Positions 40,835-49,501 of a stretch of 64,000 nt of DNA are shown here, in pieces (position 1 is the first letter of the stretch; each line of letters starts with the position of its first letter). Under the pieces are notes generated by a model. The model was not told where the DNA came from. It was given only the letters and a program-made list of their open reading frames with translations, and did not search any database. The stretch is from the NCBI GenBank assembly GCA_963764885.1, contig CAVXUH010000009.1, forward strand, positions 331,850 through 395,849. The letters are read 5' to 3'. This stretch comes from Candidatus Aminicenantes bacterium (lineage in GTDB: Bacteria > Acidobacteriota > Aminicenantia > Aminicenantales > UBA8522). A program made the translations under genes and the position numbers.

Positions 40835-42153
40835 CCAAGAAGACCTGGAAAGCCACCGACGAGATCATGCGGCTGTTCCAGAGCGTGGGCCGCGCGTCCC
40901 TCCTCTACGACGTTCAGGACAGCCACAGCGGGAACATGGCCATGCGGCACACCGACGAGGCCGGGAACGACTGGATCGTCATCACGGCCACGGGCTCCCA
41001 GAAGGGAGACCTCGACCCGAGCCAGATCTGCTTTCTCTCGCCGACCGAGACTGATTTCGGATACTACAAGGCCTCTTCCGAAACCGACATCCATGCCCGG
41101 ATCCTGAGCATTCCCGGAGTCCGGGCGTCGATGCACGCGCACACCAAGGAGCTGATGATCGTCACTCTGGACAGCGAGCCGAAACCGAAGACGCCCGCTC
41201 CCTTTGTTCCCGTCGACCCCCTGGGCTACTATCACCTCGGCGGGCTGGTCCCCGTCGATTGGGTGGCCGTGCCCAGCGGCTCGCCCGAGATGGCCCGGAT
41301 CATCCCGGAGCGGCTGGCTTCCCACCCGGCGACCGTCATCCAGACGCACGGCACCTTCGTGCGGGCCCGCACGCTCAAGGAGGCGTTTTTCCTGATCGGC
41401 GTGGCCAACAACGCCGGCGCGGTCGTCCGGTTGGAGATGAAGCTCGGGGTCGACGTCGCCGGACTGAGGCGGAAGATCCAGGCCGCGCCCGAGGACGCGT
41501 TTTCCTATCCGCCGTCCTCCTACAGGATCGACGGCGACGATGTCTGCGATTTTCCCCAGGAGGGGGAAATCCTCCTCGAATTCCACAAGGCCGGGGCCCG
41601 CATCTTCGAATCGCGCCTCTCGCCCTTCCACACCGGGTCGATGTCCGTCCGGGGCGTGAACAGCCTGCTCTACGCGCCCAAAGCGTCCATGCCCCGCGAG
41701 GTCGGGGGGCCGCTGCTCGAGCTGCCGCTCGACGTCCGGGAGGGTGATGACACGGAGCTCCGGGTCCACAAAGAGATCTACCACGAGAGCGATTTCCAGA
41801 CGCTCATGCACTGCTACACTCCCGAGGCCGAGGCCATGGCCCAGTTTACCTACCCGGGCGAGGCCGAACCCCTGACGCGGGTCATCCCGATCGATGCCGA
41901 GGGGAGCTTCATCCATCTCGCGATCCCCGTCGTCCCGCCGAAAACCACGGTCCCGGAGATCGTCCGGCTCCTGCAGGACTACAAGGTCGTGATCGTCCGC
42001 GGCGGGGGCGTCTGGGCGAGCGGCGGCCAGTCCCTCTCGGAAGTGCTCCACCATCCCTCGTCGGTCCGGGAGATATGCTTCTACCGGATCGGGGCGCACG
42101 AGCTAGGGCTCGACCTTCGCAAGATGGAACCCGCCAAAGCCAAGAACTGGTAG
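40831..42153 (+). CDS. tandem class II aldolase/adducin-fold domain protein, translationally coupled to aor
   Basis: ATG at 40831 overlaps the aor stop (ccATGAcc); domain 1 SHSGNMAMRH...ITATGSQKGDL...MHAHTKE; a second similar half; the ORF-track entry 39973..42153 is an artefactual upstream extension. Confidence 0.5.
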   Translation: MTKKTWKATDEIMRLFQSVGRASLLYDVQDSHSGNMAMRHTDEAGNDWIVITATGSQKGDLDPSQICFLSPTETDFGYYKASSETDIHARILSIPGVRASMHAHTKELMIVTLDSEPKPKTPAPFVPVDPLGYYHLGGLVPVDWVAVPSGSPEMARIIPERLASHPATVIQTHGTFVRARTLKEAFFLIGVANNAGAVVRLEMKLGVDVAGLRRKIQAAPEDAFSYPPSSYRIDGDDVCDFPQEGEILLEFHKAGARIFESRLSPFHTGSMSVRGVNSLLYAPKASMPREVGGPLLELPLDVREGDDTELRVHKEIYHESDFQTLMHCYTPEAEAMAQFTYPGEAEPLTRVIPIDAEGSFIHLAIPVVPPKTTVPEIVRLLQDYKVVIVRGGGVWASGGQSLSEVLHHPSSVREICFYRIGAHELGLDLRKMEPAKAKNW

Positions 42154-42351
42154 CGGGCCGAAGGCGGGCGGCGGCCGCGCCGGATCGGATGGGATGACGC
42201 CCCGAAGACCCCCGTAGCGGAGGGGGACCCGTCGGCTTCCGACGGGGGAACCGACGGGACTGGTTCCCGGGGGCCGGGGGGCTAGGGGCGCATCGCCGTC
42301 CGATCCTGAGAGAGGACCTGCTGCGTTAGTCAGGACAGGCGGGATTTCGCG

Positions 42352-43440
42352 TCAGGCTTCGGGAGTCGGGACGGCGGCGGGCACCGGCAGGGCGACAAAA
42401 AATTCCACCCAGCGTCCGGGCTCGGATTCGGCCCAGATGCGCCCCTGGTGCTTGTCGACGATCGATTTGCAGATGTAGAGACCGAGCCCGGACCCCTTGA
42501 CCCCGCCGGTGCCTTTCTGCTTCAGCCTCTCGAACCGCTTGAAGAGCCTGTTGGCGATGTCTTCTCGGGAGATGCCCACGCCTTCGTTGCGGACGGAGAA
42601 GATGATTTCGCCCCCCTTGGCGGCCAGCCGGACCCGGACCGGCGTGCCCTCGGTGCCGTACTTGATCGCGTTGTTGACGAGGTTGCCGACGATGATCTTC
42701 AGCAGGGCGGGGTCGCCCTCGATGATCGGGTCGCCCTCGAAGTCCGTGTCGATCGGCATCCGGCGCACGTTGTCCTTCACCTCCGGTATGTTCAGGACCT
42801 CGGCGACGACGGCAGAAGCGAGCGGGACTCTCTCCTTGAATATGGACAGGCCGTCGAGCTCCATCTTGGACAGGTCGATGTAGGAGCGGATGGTGTCCTC
42901 GAGGTATTCGCAGTTGCGGATGATCGTCTCCACGACCTTTTCCTGCTCGGGGTCGAGCTTGCCGAAGTAGCCGCGCCGGAGCGTCGCGGCCGTCGTCTGA
43001 ACGGTGGCCAGCGGGCTCTTGAGCTCGTGGGAGACGATGGCCATCAGGTCGAGCATCTTGGCCCCGGCGGCGTCGCGGCGGGCCTGGAAGGCATTGGCCA
43101 CGACGCTTCTCAGCTCCTCGGGGGTGAACGGCTTGGGGACATAGTCGAAGGCGCCGTTTTTCAGGGCCTCCCGGGCCGTTTCCACGCTCGAGTAGCCGGT
43201 GAAGATGATGATGGTCGTCCTGGGCCGGTCCCGCCGCAGGGCCTTGAGGATCTCCAGCCCGCCGAGCCCGGGCATCTTCAGGTCCGTGACGACGATGTCG
43301 TAGTCCTTGGTCATGGCCGTGGCCAGCCCCTCCTCGCCCGAAGAGGCGGTGTCGATCTCGTAGTCTGAGCCGGCGAAGATCCGCCGCGAGCTCTTGAGGA
43401 CGATCTCCTCGTCGTCGATGATAAGCAGCTTATTGGCCAT
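42352..43440 (-). CDS. hybrid response regulator-histidine kinase (REC + HisKA + HATPase, no sensor domain)
   Basis: 362 aa; REC D-box IVVTDLKMPGLGG; H-box AIVSHELKSPL; G2 GGVKGSGLGL. Confidence 0.75.
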   Translation of the reverse strand: MANKLLIIDDEEIVLKSSRRIFAGSDYEIDTASSGEEGLATAMTKDYDIVVTDLKMPGLGGLEILKALRRDRPRTTIIIFTGYSSVETAREALKNGAFDYVPKPFTPEELRSVVANAFQARRDAAGAKMLDLMAIVSHELKSPLATVQTTAATLRRGYFGKLDPEQEKVVETIIRNCEYLEDTIRSYIDLSKMELDGLSIFKERVPLASAVVAEVLNIPEVKDNVRRMPIDTDFEGDPIIEGDPALLKIIVGNLVNNAIKYGTEGTPVRVRLAAKGGEIIFSVRNEGVGISREDIANRLFKRFERLKQKGTGGVKGSGLGLYICKSIVDKHQGRIWAESEPGRWVEFFVALPVPAAVPTPEA

Positions 43441-43461
43441 GTCCGTCTCTCCGGCCCCGGC

Positions 43462-45384
43462 TCATTGCAGGGGCAGCTTGATGGTGAATTTCGTGCCCTG
43501 GCCGACCTCGCTCTCCACGCTGATCAGGCCGCCGTGCCGCTGGATGACGCCGTAGGTCATGGCCAGCCCGAGCCCCGTCCCCTTGCCCTTGTCTTTGGTC
43601 GTGAAGAAAGGCTCGAAGATCTTGCGCATGTCCGCTTCGCTGATGCCGCTCCCCGTGTCGGCGACGGAGATGACGACCATGCCGAACTGGGGCTCGGCCG
43701 AGGTCGTGATGGTCAGCCGGCCGCCGTTCGGCATGGCGTCGGCGGCGTTGACGGCGAGGTTGTTGATGACCGATCGGATCTCTCCCGGGTCGACGCTGAC
43801 GCGGGGAAGGGGCCGGTCGAGGGCCTTGACGATCTCGATATTCTGGAAGCTGACGTGCTTCTCCAGGATCCTCAGGCTGTCCTCGATGATCAGGTTGAGG
43901 TCGCTCAGCACCCGCTCGGGCTTGGAGTCGCGGGCGAAGTCGAGCAGGCCCCGGACGATCCCCCGGCAGCGCATCGTCTCGTCCAGGATGACCTTGAGGT
44001 CCTCCTCGTACTTCGTGCCCCTCATGTCCTCGAGCAGCAGGCTGCTGTAAGTCAGCACGCCGGTCAGCGGGTTGTTGATCTCGTGGGCGATGCCCGAGGC
44101 CAGCCGGCCGATCGAGGCCAGCTTCTCGGACTTGAGGATGGTCCGGGCCGCCTGGTCCTTGAGCTCCCGGTCGCGCTCCTCGATGGCCTCGACCATGCCG
44201 TTGAAGGCCTGCCCCAGGTTCCGGGCGTCGTCGTCGTCGTGCGGGGCGATCTCGATCCGGTGGTAAACCCCTTGCGCCATCTCCTTCGAGGCGCCGATGA
44301 TTCTCTTGACGGGCTTGGTGTAGACGTTGATCAGGTAGCCGGCCAGGATCAGGGCGATAATCGTCGTGACGAGGATGACGAGGAGAAAGGACAGCGCCGT
44401 GCTCCTCACCAGGAGATCGTACTTCTGCTTGAGGATGCCGACGTAGAGAATGCCCAGGGTCTTGTGGTCCAGGTCGAAGATGGGGCTGTAGCCCGAGATG
44501 TACCAGCTGTCGACGACGAAGGCATTGTCCACCCAGACCTGGCCCTGTTCGAAGACGCGATGGTAGACTTCCTCGGACACCTGCGTGCCGATGGCCCGCC
44601 GGCCGGCGGCGTCGACGACGTTGGTGGCCACCCGGATGTCCCCCAGGAAGATGGTCGTCGTGCCGACGTCTTTTCCCCGGAGCTTTTCTTCCTTGAAGAC
44701 CAGTCTCTTGAACCGGTCGATGAACTCGGTGTTGTTGTTGAGGAGGACGGCGGCGTAGAGGATCCCCGTCATCCTGCCGGCGTCCTTGATCGGCGCCGCG
44801 ATCTTGATGACCATCGCCTTGTCCTCGAGGGGTGAGGACCTGGCCCGGGCGCGGGGCGTCGGGACGACCGGGATGAGGGTCCGCTCGGCGAGCTCCGGTC
44901 CTTCGTTCCGGATGCTCGAGTAGTCGAGGACTCCCGTCCCGGCGACCGGGGCCTCCGTCTTCAGGGCCTCCTGGATGGTCCGGTAGTGGGCCATGCTGTC
45001 GCCGAAGGCGTCCGGGTTGTTGGCCCGCACCAGGACGGTCCCCTGCGGGTCGACCACATTGACGATATCGAACCCGAAGTCGCGGCGGATGCGTCCCAGC
45101 GCCTCGTGGAGCGTTGCCCGGTCGGCGGCCGCCGTGGCCCGGACGATCTCGGACGTCTTGGCCAGGTACTGGATCGTCATCGACCGCCGGGCGATGTCCT
45201 CCCGGTAGAGCTCGTCGATGGCCGCCAGGCTCGTCCGGACGCTGTCGAAAGCCTCGCGGATGACGTTCTTGTTGAGGATGTTGAGCCCGATGATGATCGT
45301 CAGCGTGCCCGTCAGGAAGACGATGGACAGCAGGCTGACGACGAGCTTGAAGCGAATATTCGACCGCAGGATGGACTTGATCAA
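43462..45384 (-). CDS. sensor histidine kinase with periplasmic double-Cache-like domain, HAMP, HisKA, HATPase
   Basis: 640 aa; two TM segments flanking an about 280-aa periplasmic domain; H-box LASGIAHEINNPL; DTGSGI, GKGTGLGLA. Confidence 0.75.
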   Translation of the reverse strand: MIKSILRSNIRFKLVVSLLSIVFLTGTLTIIIGLNILNKNVIREAFDSVRTSLAAIDELYREDIARRSMTIQYLAKTSEIVRATAAADRATLHEALGRIRRDFGFDIVNVVDPQGTVLVRANNPDAFGDSMAHYRTIQEALKTEAPVAGTGVLDYSSIRNEGPELAERTLIPVVPTPRARARSSPLEDKAMVIKIAAPIKDAGRMTGILYAAVLLNNNTEFIDRFKRLVFKEEKLRGKDVGTTTIFLGDIRVATNVVDAAGRRAIGTQVSEEVYHRVFEQGQVWVDNAFVVDSWYISGYSPIFDLDHKTLGILYVGILKQKYDLLVRSTALSFLLVILVTTIIALILAGYLINVYTKPVKRIIGASKEMAQGVYHRIEIAPHDDDDARNLGQAFNGMVEAIEERDRELKDQAARTILKSEKLASIGRLASGIAHEINNPLTGVLTYSSLLLEDMRGTKYEEDLKVILDETMRCRGIVRGLLDFARDSKPERVLSDLNLIIEDSLRILEKHVSFQNIEIVKALDRPLPRVSVDPGEIRSVINNLAVNAADAMPNGGRLTITTSAEPQFGMVVISVADTGSGISEADMRKIFEPFFTTKDKGKGTGLGLAMTYGVIQRHGGLISVESEVGQGTKFTIKLPLQ

Positions 45385-45785
45385 TGGAGCGCTCGCGCGA
45401 TCTTGGCCAGGAGCTCGTCGAGGTCGACGGGCTTGGTCAGGAAGTCGTTCGCCCCGGGGAGGAAGCTCTCCGCCGGGTCCAGGGAGAAGCGGGAGTTGGT
45501 CACCTGGTTGATGGCCGTCAGGATGACGATCGGGATGTCCCGGAACTCACGATACCGGGAGGTCGGGCGCCGGCTGCGGATCAGGTCGGCGGCCTCGAAC
45601 CCGGCCGTGTCCGTCTCCATCATGACGTCGAGGATCACGAGGTCGGGCCGCTCCGTGAGGAGCGCCTTCAAACCGTCCGCCCCGCTGTGGGCGGCCGCGA
45701 CGGCATAGCCGTTGCCCTTCAGGACCTGGGCCAGGCTGGCGACGAGGTCCCGGTCGTCGTCGACGATCAGGATCTTCCTGCTCAT
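45381..45785 (-). CDS. single-domain response regulator (REC only)
   Basis: 134 aa; ILIVDDD...LVILDVMME; overlaps hycG-like start and kinase stop. Confidence 0.8.
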   Translation of the reverse strand: MSRKILIVDDDRDLVASLAQVLKGNGYAVAAAHSGADGLKALLTERPDLVILDVMMETDTAGFEAADLIRSRRPTSRYREFRDIPIVILTAINQVTNSRFSLDPAESFLPGANDFLTKPVDLDELLAKIARALH

Positions 45786-46312
45786 GTGTTCAGGACCTTG
45801 TAGATGACGTTCCGCTCTTCCCAGGCCTTGTTGCGCTCGTAGATGTCGATCGGGAACTCGACCTGCTTGAGCTCGACCGGCGCGGCCTGCTTGTCGACCA
45901 GGCCGAGGGCCAGGGCGACGCCGTAGATGATGGCCTCCGGCCGGGGCGGGCAGCCCGGGATATAATAGTTGACCGGGACGGCGGTGGCGCCGCCGCCGGT
46001 CACGTTGTAGGTGTCGAACCAGCAGCCGCCGCCCGTGGCGCAGGAGCCGATGCCGAAGACGAGCTTCGGCCCGGGCATGGCCGCGTAGGCCTTCTTGACC
46101 AACGGCAGGGTCGGGCGGGTCACCGCTCCCGAAAGGAGCATGACGTCGGCGTGGCGGGGCGAGCCGACGAGCTTGATCCCGAACCTCTCGACGTCATAGT
46201 ACGGGGTCAGGATGTTCAGGATCTCGATGTCGCAGCCGTTACAGGCGCCGCTGTTGCAGTGGTAGACCCAGAGGGAGCGGGGGAAGCACTTCTTGGCGAT
46301 CTTGGCGAGCAT
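45782..46312 (-). CDS. hycG: group-4 [NiFe]-hydrogenase small subunit (NuoB/HycG-like)
   Basis: 176 aa; cysteines CNSGACNGC ... GSCATGGGC ... PGCPPRPE. Confidence 0.8.
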   Translation of the reverse strand: MLAKIAKKCFPRSLWVYHCNSGACNGCDIEILNILTPYYDVERFGIKLVGSPRHADVMLLSGAVTRPTLPLVKKAYAAMPGPKLVFGIGSCATGGGCWFDTYNVTGGGATAVPVNYYIPGCPPRPEAIIYGVALALGLVDKQAAPVELKQVEFPIDIYERNKAWEERNVIYKVLNT

Positions 46313-46313
46313 C

Positions 46314-46859
46314 TCAGTCTCCTGTCTCCCGGGGGCGCTCGTAGCGCTCGGTCCGGCCGAGCTCCCGGGGCTCGAAGCGGTCGGTGGCTGTCCGGAGGAC
46401 CGTCCGGGCCTCCAGGCTGTCGTAACGGTAGCCCGTCAGGCCGAGCTTGTCGATGGCGCTCGCGGTCTCCATGTCGTAGCACCGCCCGCAGCGCTGGCAG
46501 GTCAGCATGAATATCTCGAGGTTCTCGGTGATGTCGTTCCGGTCGTCGGTCGCCTGCTCGAACCGGCCGGTCATGGTGATGGCCTTCTCCGGGCAGAGCT
46601 CGGCGCAGCGGCCGCAGTACGTGCACCGCGAACCGTCATAGAGAAGCACTCGAACCTCCTGGCAGAGGTCGCGGACCATGATCGTCCGGGCCGGGCAGTG
46701 ATTGGCGCAGCCGGCGCAGCCGATGCACTTCGTGTGGTCCCAGTGCGGCGCTCCCCGGAAATCCTTGGGCGCCGGCCTCGGCTCGAACGGGTATTTCAGG
46801 GTGACGACCCCGGGTTTCAGGACCATCAGGACCTGTTTGATTTTGCTTGTCAGCCACAT
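46314..46859 (-). CDS. hycF: 2x[4Fe-4S] ferredoxin subunit (NuoI/HycF-like)
   Basis: 181 aa; CIGCAGCANHCP and CTYCGRCAELCP. Confidence 0.75.
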   Translation of the reverse strand: MWLTSKIKQVLMVLKPGVVTLKYPFEPRPAPKDFRGAPHWDHTKCIGCAGCANHCPARTIMVRDLCQEVRVLLYDGSRCTYCGRCAELCPEKAITMTGRFEQATDDRNDITENLEIFMLTCQRCGRCYDMETASAIDKLGLTGYRYDSLEARTVLRTATDRFEPRELGRTERYERPRETGD

Positions 46860-46882
46860 GTCGGTGTCTCCCGCCCTGTTCC

Positions 46883-47785
46883 CTAGAGCCCCTTGATCGA
46901 GAGCGCGACCGCGCCCAGCGCGGCCAGTATCAGCCCGGCGTAGATCTTGACCGCCTGGTCGATTCGAAGCCGGGGGTTGGTCGATCCGACCAGGGCGATC
47001 AGGACGAACACGAGCAGCATGCCGGCGAGCTGGACCAGGATGTCAGCGGCGTAGACGCCCGTCCGGAGGAAGGGCGCGAACACCGCCACCAGCAGCCAGG
47101 CGTAAAACATCTGTTTCATCATCATGGCGAACCGGAACAGGCCGTAATCGGGACCGCTGTACTCGATAAAGGGGCCCTCCAGGATTTCGATCTCCGCCTC
47201 GGAAATGTCGAACGGCTGCTTGGCCACGAAGGCCTGCAGGGCGAAGATGTAGATGACGAGCATGATCCCGAGCGAGAGGCTGTAGCCCGCCGCGGCCGCG
47301 CCGTAGACCGCCGAGCTCAGACCGAGGCTCTTCATGCGGACGGCGCCCAGGATGAGGGTCATGGCCAGGACCGGCTCGACCATGATCATGGTCACGGTCT
47401 CGCGGCTGGCGCCGATGACGGCGAAGGTGTTCCGGGAGGAGAGCGCGCCCAGAAGGACGGATACTCCGCCCAAAGTGAGAAGGTAGATGAGGGTGATGGC
47501 GTCGGCGCGGCCGCCCAGCACGCCCGGCCGGCCGCCGAAGGGGATGAGGACCGCCACCGTCACGATCGAGGCGAACGCGCCCAGCGGGGCGAGCTTAAAG
47601 GCCCAGTTGCCCGCCGAATTGACCCTTTCCTTGCCGGCGAGCTTGAGGAGGTCGTAGTAGGGCTGAAGGACCGGCGGGCCCTGGCGGGTCTGAACCCGGG
47701 CCGTGATCTTTCTCATGACGCCCTCGAACAGGGGCGCGAGGAGCAGGAACAGGGAGACGTTGATCAGCGAATAGACGATGCTCAT
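46883..47785 (-). CDS. hycD: NuoH/HycD-like integral membrane subunit
   Basis: Starts MSIVYSLINVSLFLLLAPLFEGVMRKITARVQTRQGPP (NuoH signature) at 47785, overlapping the hycE stop; the ORF-track 46883..48643 entry is an artefactual extension. Confidence 0.7.
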   Translation of the reverse strand: MSIVYSLINVSLFLLLAPLFEGVMRKITARVQTRQGPPVLQPYYDLLKLAGKERVNSAGNWAFKLAPLGAFASIVTVAVLIPFGGRPGVLGGRADAITLIYLLTLGGVSVLLGALSSRNTFAVIGASRETVTMIMVEPVLAMTLILGAVRMKSLGLSSAVYGAAAAGYSLSLGIMLVIYIFALQAFVAKQPFDISEAEIEILEGPFIEYSGPDYGLFRFAMMMKQMFYAWLLVAVFAPFLRTGVYAADILVQLAGMLLVFVLIALVGSTNPRLRIDQAVKIYAGLILAALGAVALSIKGL

Positions 47786-49497
47786 GGCCGGCTCCTCCCG
47801 CCTTCCTTCTTCAGGGCCAGCCGTTCGAGCTCGGCCCGCCCCAGGACACGGCCCCGGCCCGACTTTGTGTCGATAACTGCGACCCTGTCCGTGCAGGAGA
47901 AGCAGGGATCGATCGAGCCCAGGATGATGGGAAAATCGGCGAACTGATTCCCCATGAGCATCGACGGCACGCCCTGAAGGTTCGGGTAGGTCGGAGCCCG
48001 GACCCGCCAGCGCTCCGGCCGGTTCTCCTCCCCGGTGATAACGTAATGAACGGATTCGCCTCGGGGCGCCTCGACCATCGAAACGGCGTGACGGAGTGGC
48101 GGCAGGGCCTCGGGGACCTGGACGAGGAGCGGCCCGCCGGCGGGCATCCCGGCCAGGGCCTGCCGGATGATCTTGATCGATTCGAAGATCTCCAGGGCAC
48201 GAACGACGAGCGTCCCCCAGACGTCGCAGCTCTCGGCGACCGGGACGTCGAACTTCATCTCGTCGTAAGCCGCGTACGGGTGGTCTTTCCGGACATCGAG
48301 CCCCAGGCCCCGGGCCCGGGCGACCGGGCCGACCAGGCTCCAGCGGGCGGCGTCCTCCTTCGACAGGAAACCGACGCCCTTCGTCCGCCGATGGATGGCG
48401 GTGTCGCCGATGATCGAGTTCTTGAGGACGACGACCTCTTTCTCGAGCGCGTCCAGGGTCGATTCGATATCGGCCCGGACCTCGGGCGTGATGTCCCGGC
48501 GGACGCCGCCGATGACGACCATGCCGTAAGTCTTGCGGTTCCCGGTGATCCGCTCCGAGAGCCACATGATCTTCTCCCGGACCCGCCAGGCCTGCATGAA
48601 GACCGTGTCGAACCCGATCAGGTGGCCGGCGACGCCGAGCCACAGGAGGTGCGAGTGGAGGCGCTCGATCTCGAGCATGATGGTCCGGATGTATTCGGCC
48701 CGCCGCGAGATTCGGATCCCGGCGGCGGCCTCGACGGCCTGAGAGTAGCAGACGGCGTGGACCGAGCCGCAGATGCCGCAGATCCGCTCGGCCACGAAGG
48801 GAACCTCGTTGTAGCTCACCTGGGTCTGGCAGAGCTTCTCGATGCCCCGGTGGGTCATGAACCCGCGGTAATCGCAGCCCTTGATGGTTTCGCCGTCCAC
48901 ATAGACGGCAAAATGGGCGGGTTCGTGGAGGCTGGCGTGGAACGGCCCGATCGGGACGATCGTCGTTCCCGGCGGCGCTTCGTCGAGCTGATAGGCGACA
49001 TCCTCGGCGGCCGGCGGCACGAGGTTGTAGGGGACCTCTTTCCGGAGCGGGTGGACGCCCGCGGGCCAGTCATCGGCCAGGATGAGCCGCTTGGGCTTGG
49101 GGTGCCCTGTGAACTTCATCCCCAGAAGGTCCATGTATTCCCGCTCGGACCAGCCGGCGCCCGGCAGGTCGGGAGTGATCGATTCGAACGTCGGGTCGGC
49201 GGCCGGCGCGGACGTCCTGAGGATGACAACGGTGTGGCCGGCGTCGAAGGCAAAGGTGTGGACGAGGCCGAGTGTGCCGTTGCGGGTGATCTCATCGTAG
49301 CCCACGCCCATCATGTACCTGCCTCCGAGCCCCGCCAGCGTCTGCGCCGCCGGCCGGACCGCGGCGCGTTCGACATCGATGAAAAGTCGCGACGGCTCGG
49401 GGCGGGCGATGTTCTTGAGCGATGCGCCCAATCGCTTTTTGATCTCTTCGATTATGGATTCTGAAAGACCCATGGGTGCCATCCTCTTTTCTGTCAC
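47782..49497 (-). CDS. hycE: [NiFe]-hydrogenase large subunit with fused N-terminal NuoC-like domain (HycE-like, group 4)
   Basis: 571 aa; N-terminal Ni-Fe site RICGICGSVH; C-terminal DPCFSCTDR followed by an about 30-aa extension, as expected for protease-processed large subunits. Confidence 0.85.
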   Translation of the reverse strand: MTEKRMAPMGLSESIIEEIKKRLGASLKNIARPEPSRLFIDVERAAVRPAAQTLAGLGGRYMMGVGYDEITRNGTLGLVHTFAFDAGHTVVILRTSAPAADPTFESITPDLPGAGWSEREYMDLLGMKFTGHPKPKRLILADDWPAGVHPLRKEVPYNLVPPAAEDVAYQLDEAPPGTTIVPIGPFHASLHEPAHFAVYVDGETIKGCDYRGFMTHRGIEKLCQTQVSYNEVPFVAERICGICGSVHAVCYSQAVEAAAGIRISRRAEYIRTIMLEIERLHSHLLWLGVAGHLIGFDTVFMQAWRVREKIMWLSERITGNRKTYGMVVIGGVRRDITPEVRADIESTLDALEKEVVVLKNSIIGDTAIHRRTKGVGFLSKEDAARWSLVGPVARARGLGLDVRKDHPYAAYDEMKFDVPVAESCDVWGTLVVRALEIFESIKIIRQALAGMPAGGPLLVQVPEALPPLRHAVSMVEAPRGESVHYVITGEENRPERWRVRAPTYPNLQGVPSMLMGNQFADFPIILGSIDPCFSCTDRVAVIDTKSGRGRVLGRAELERLALKKEGGRSRP

Positions 49498-49501
49498 GGC
49501 C

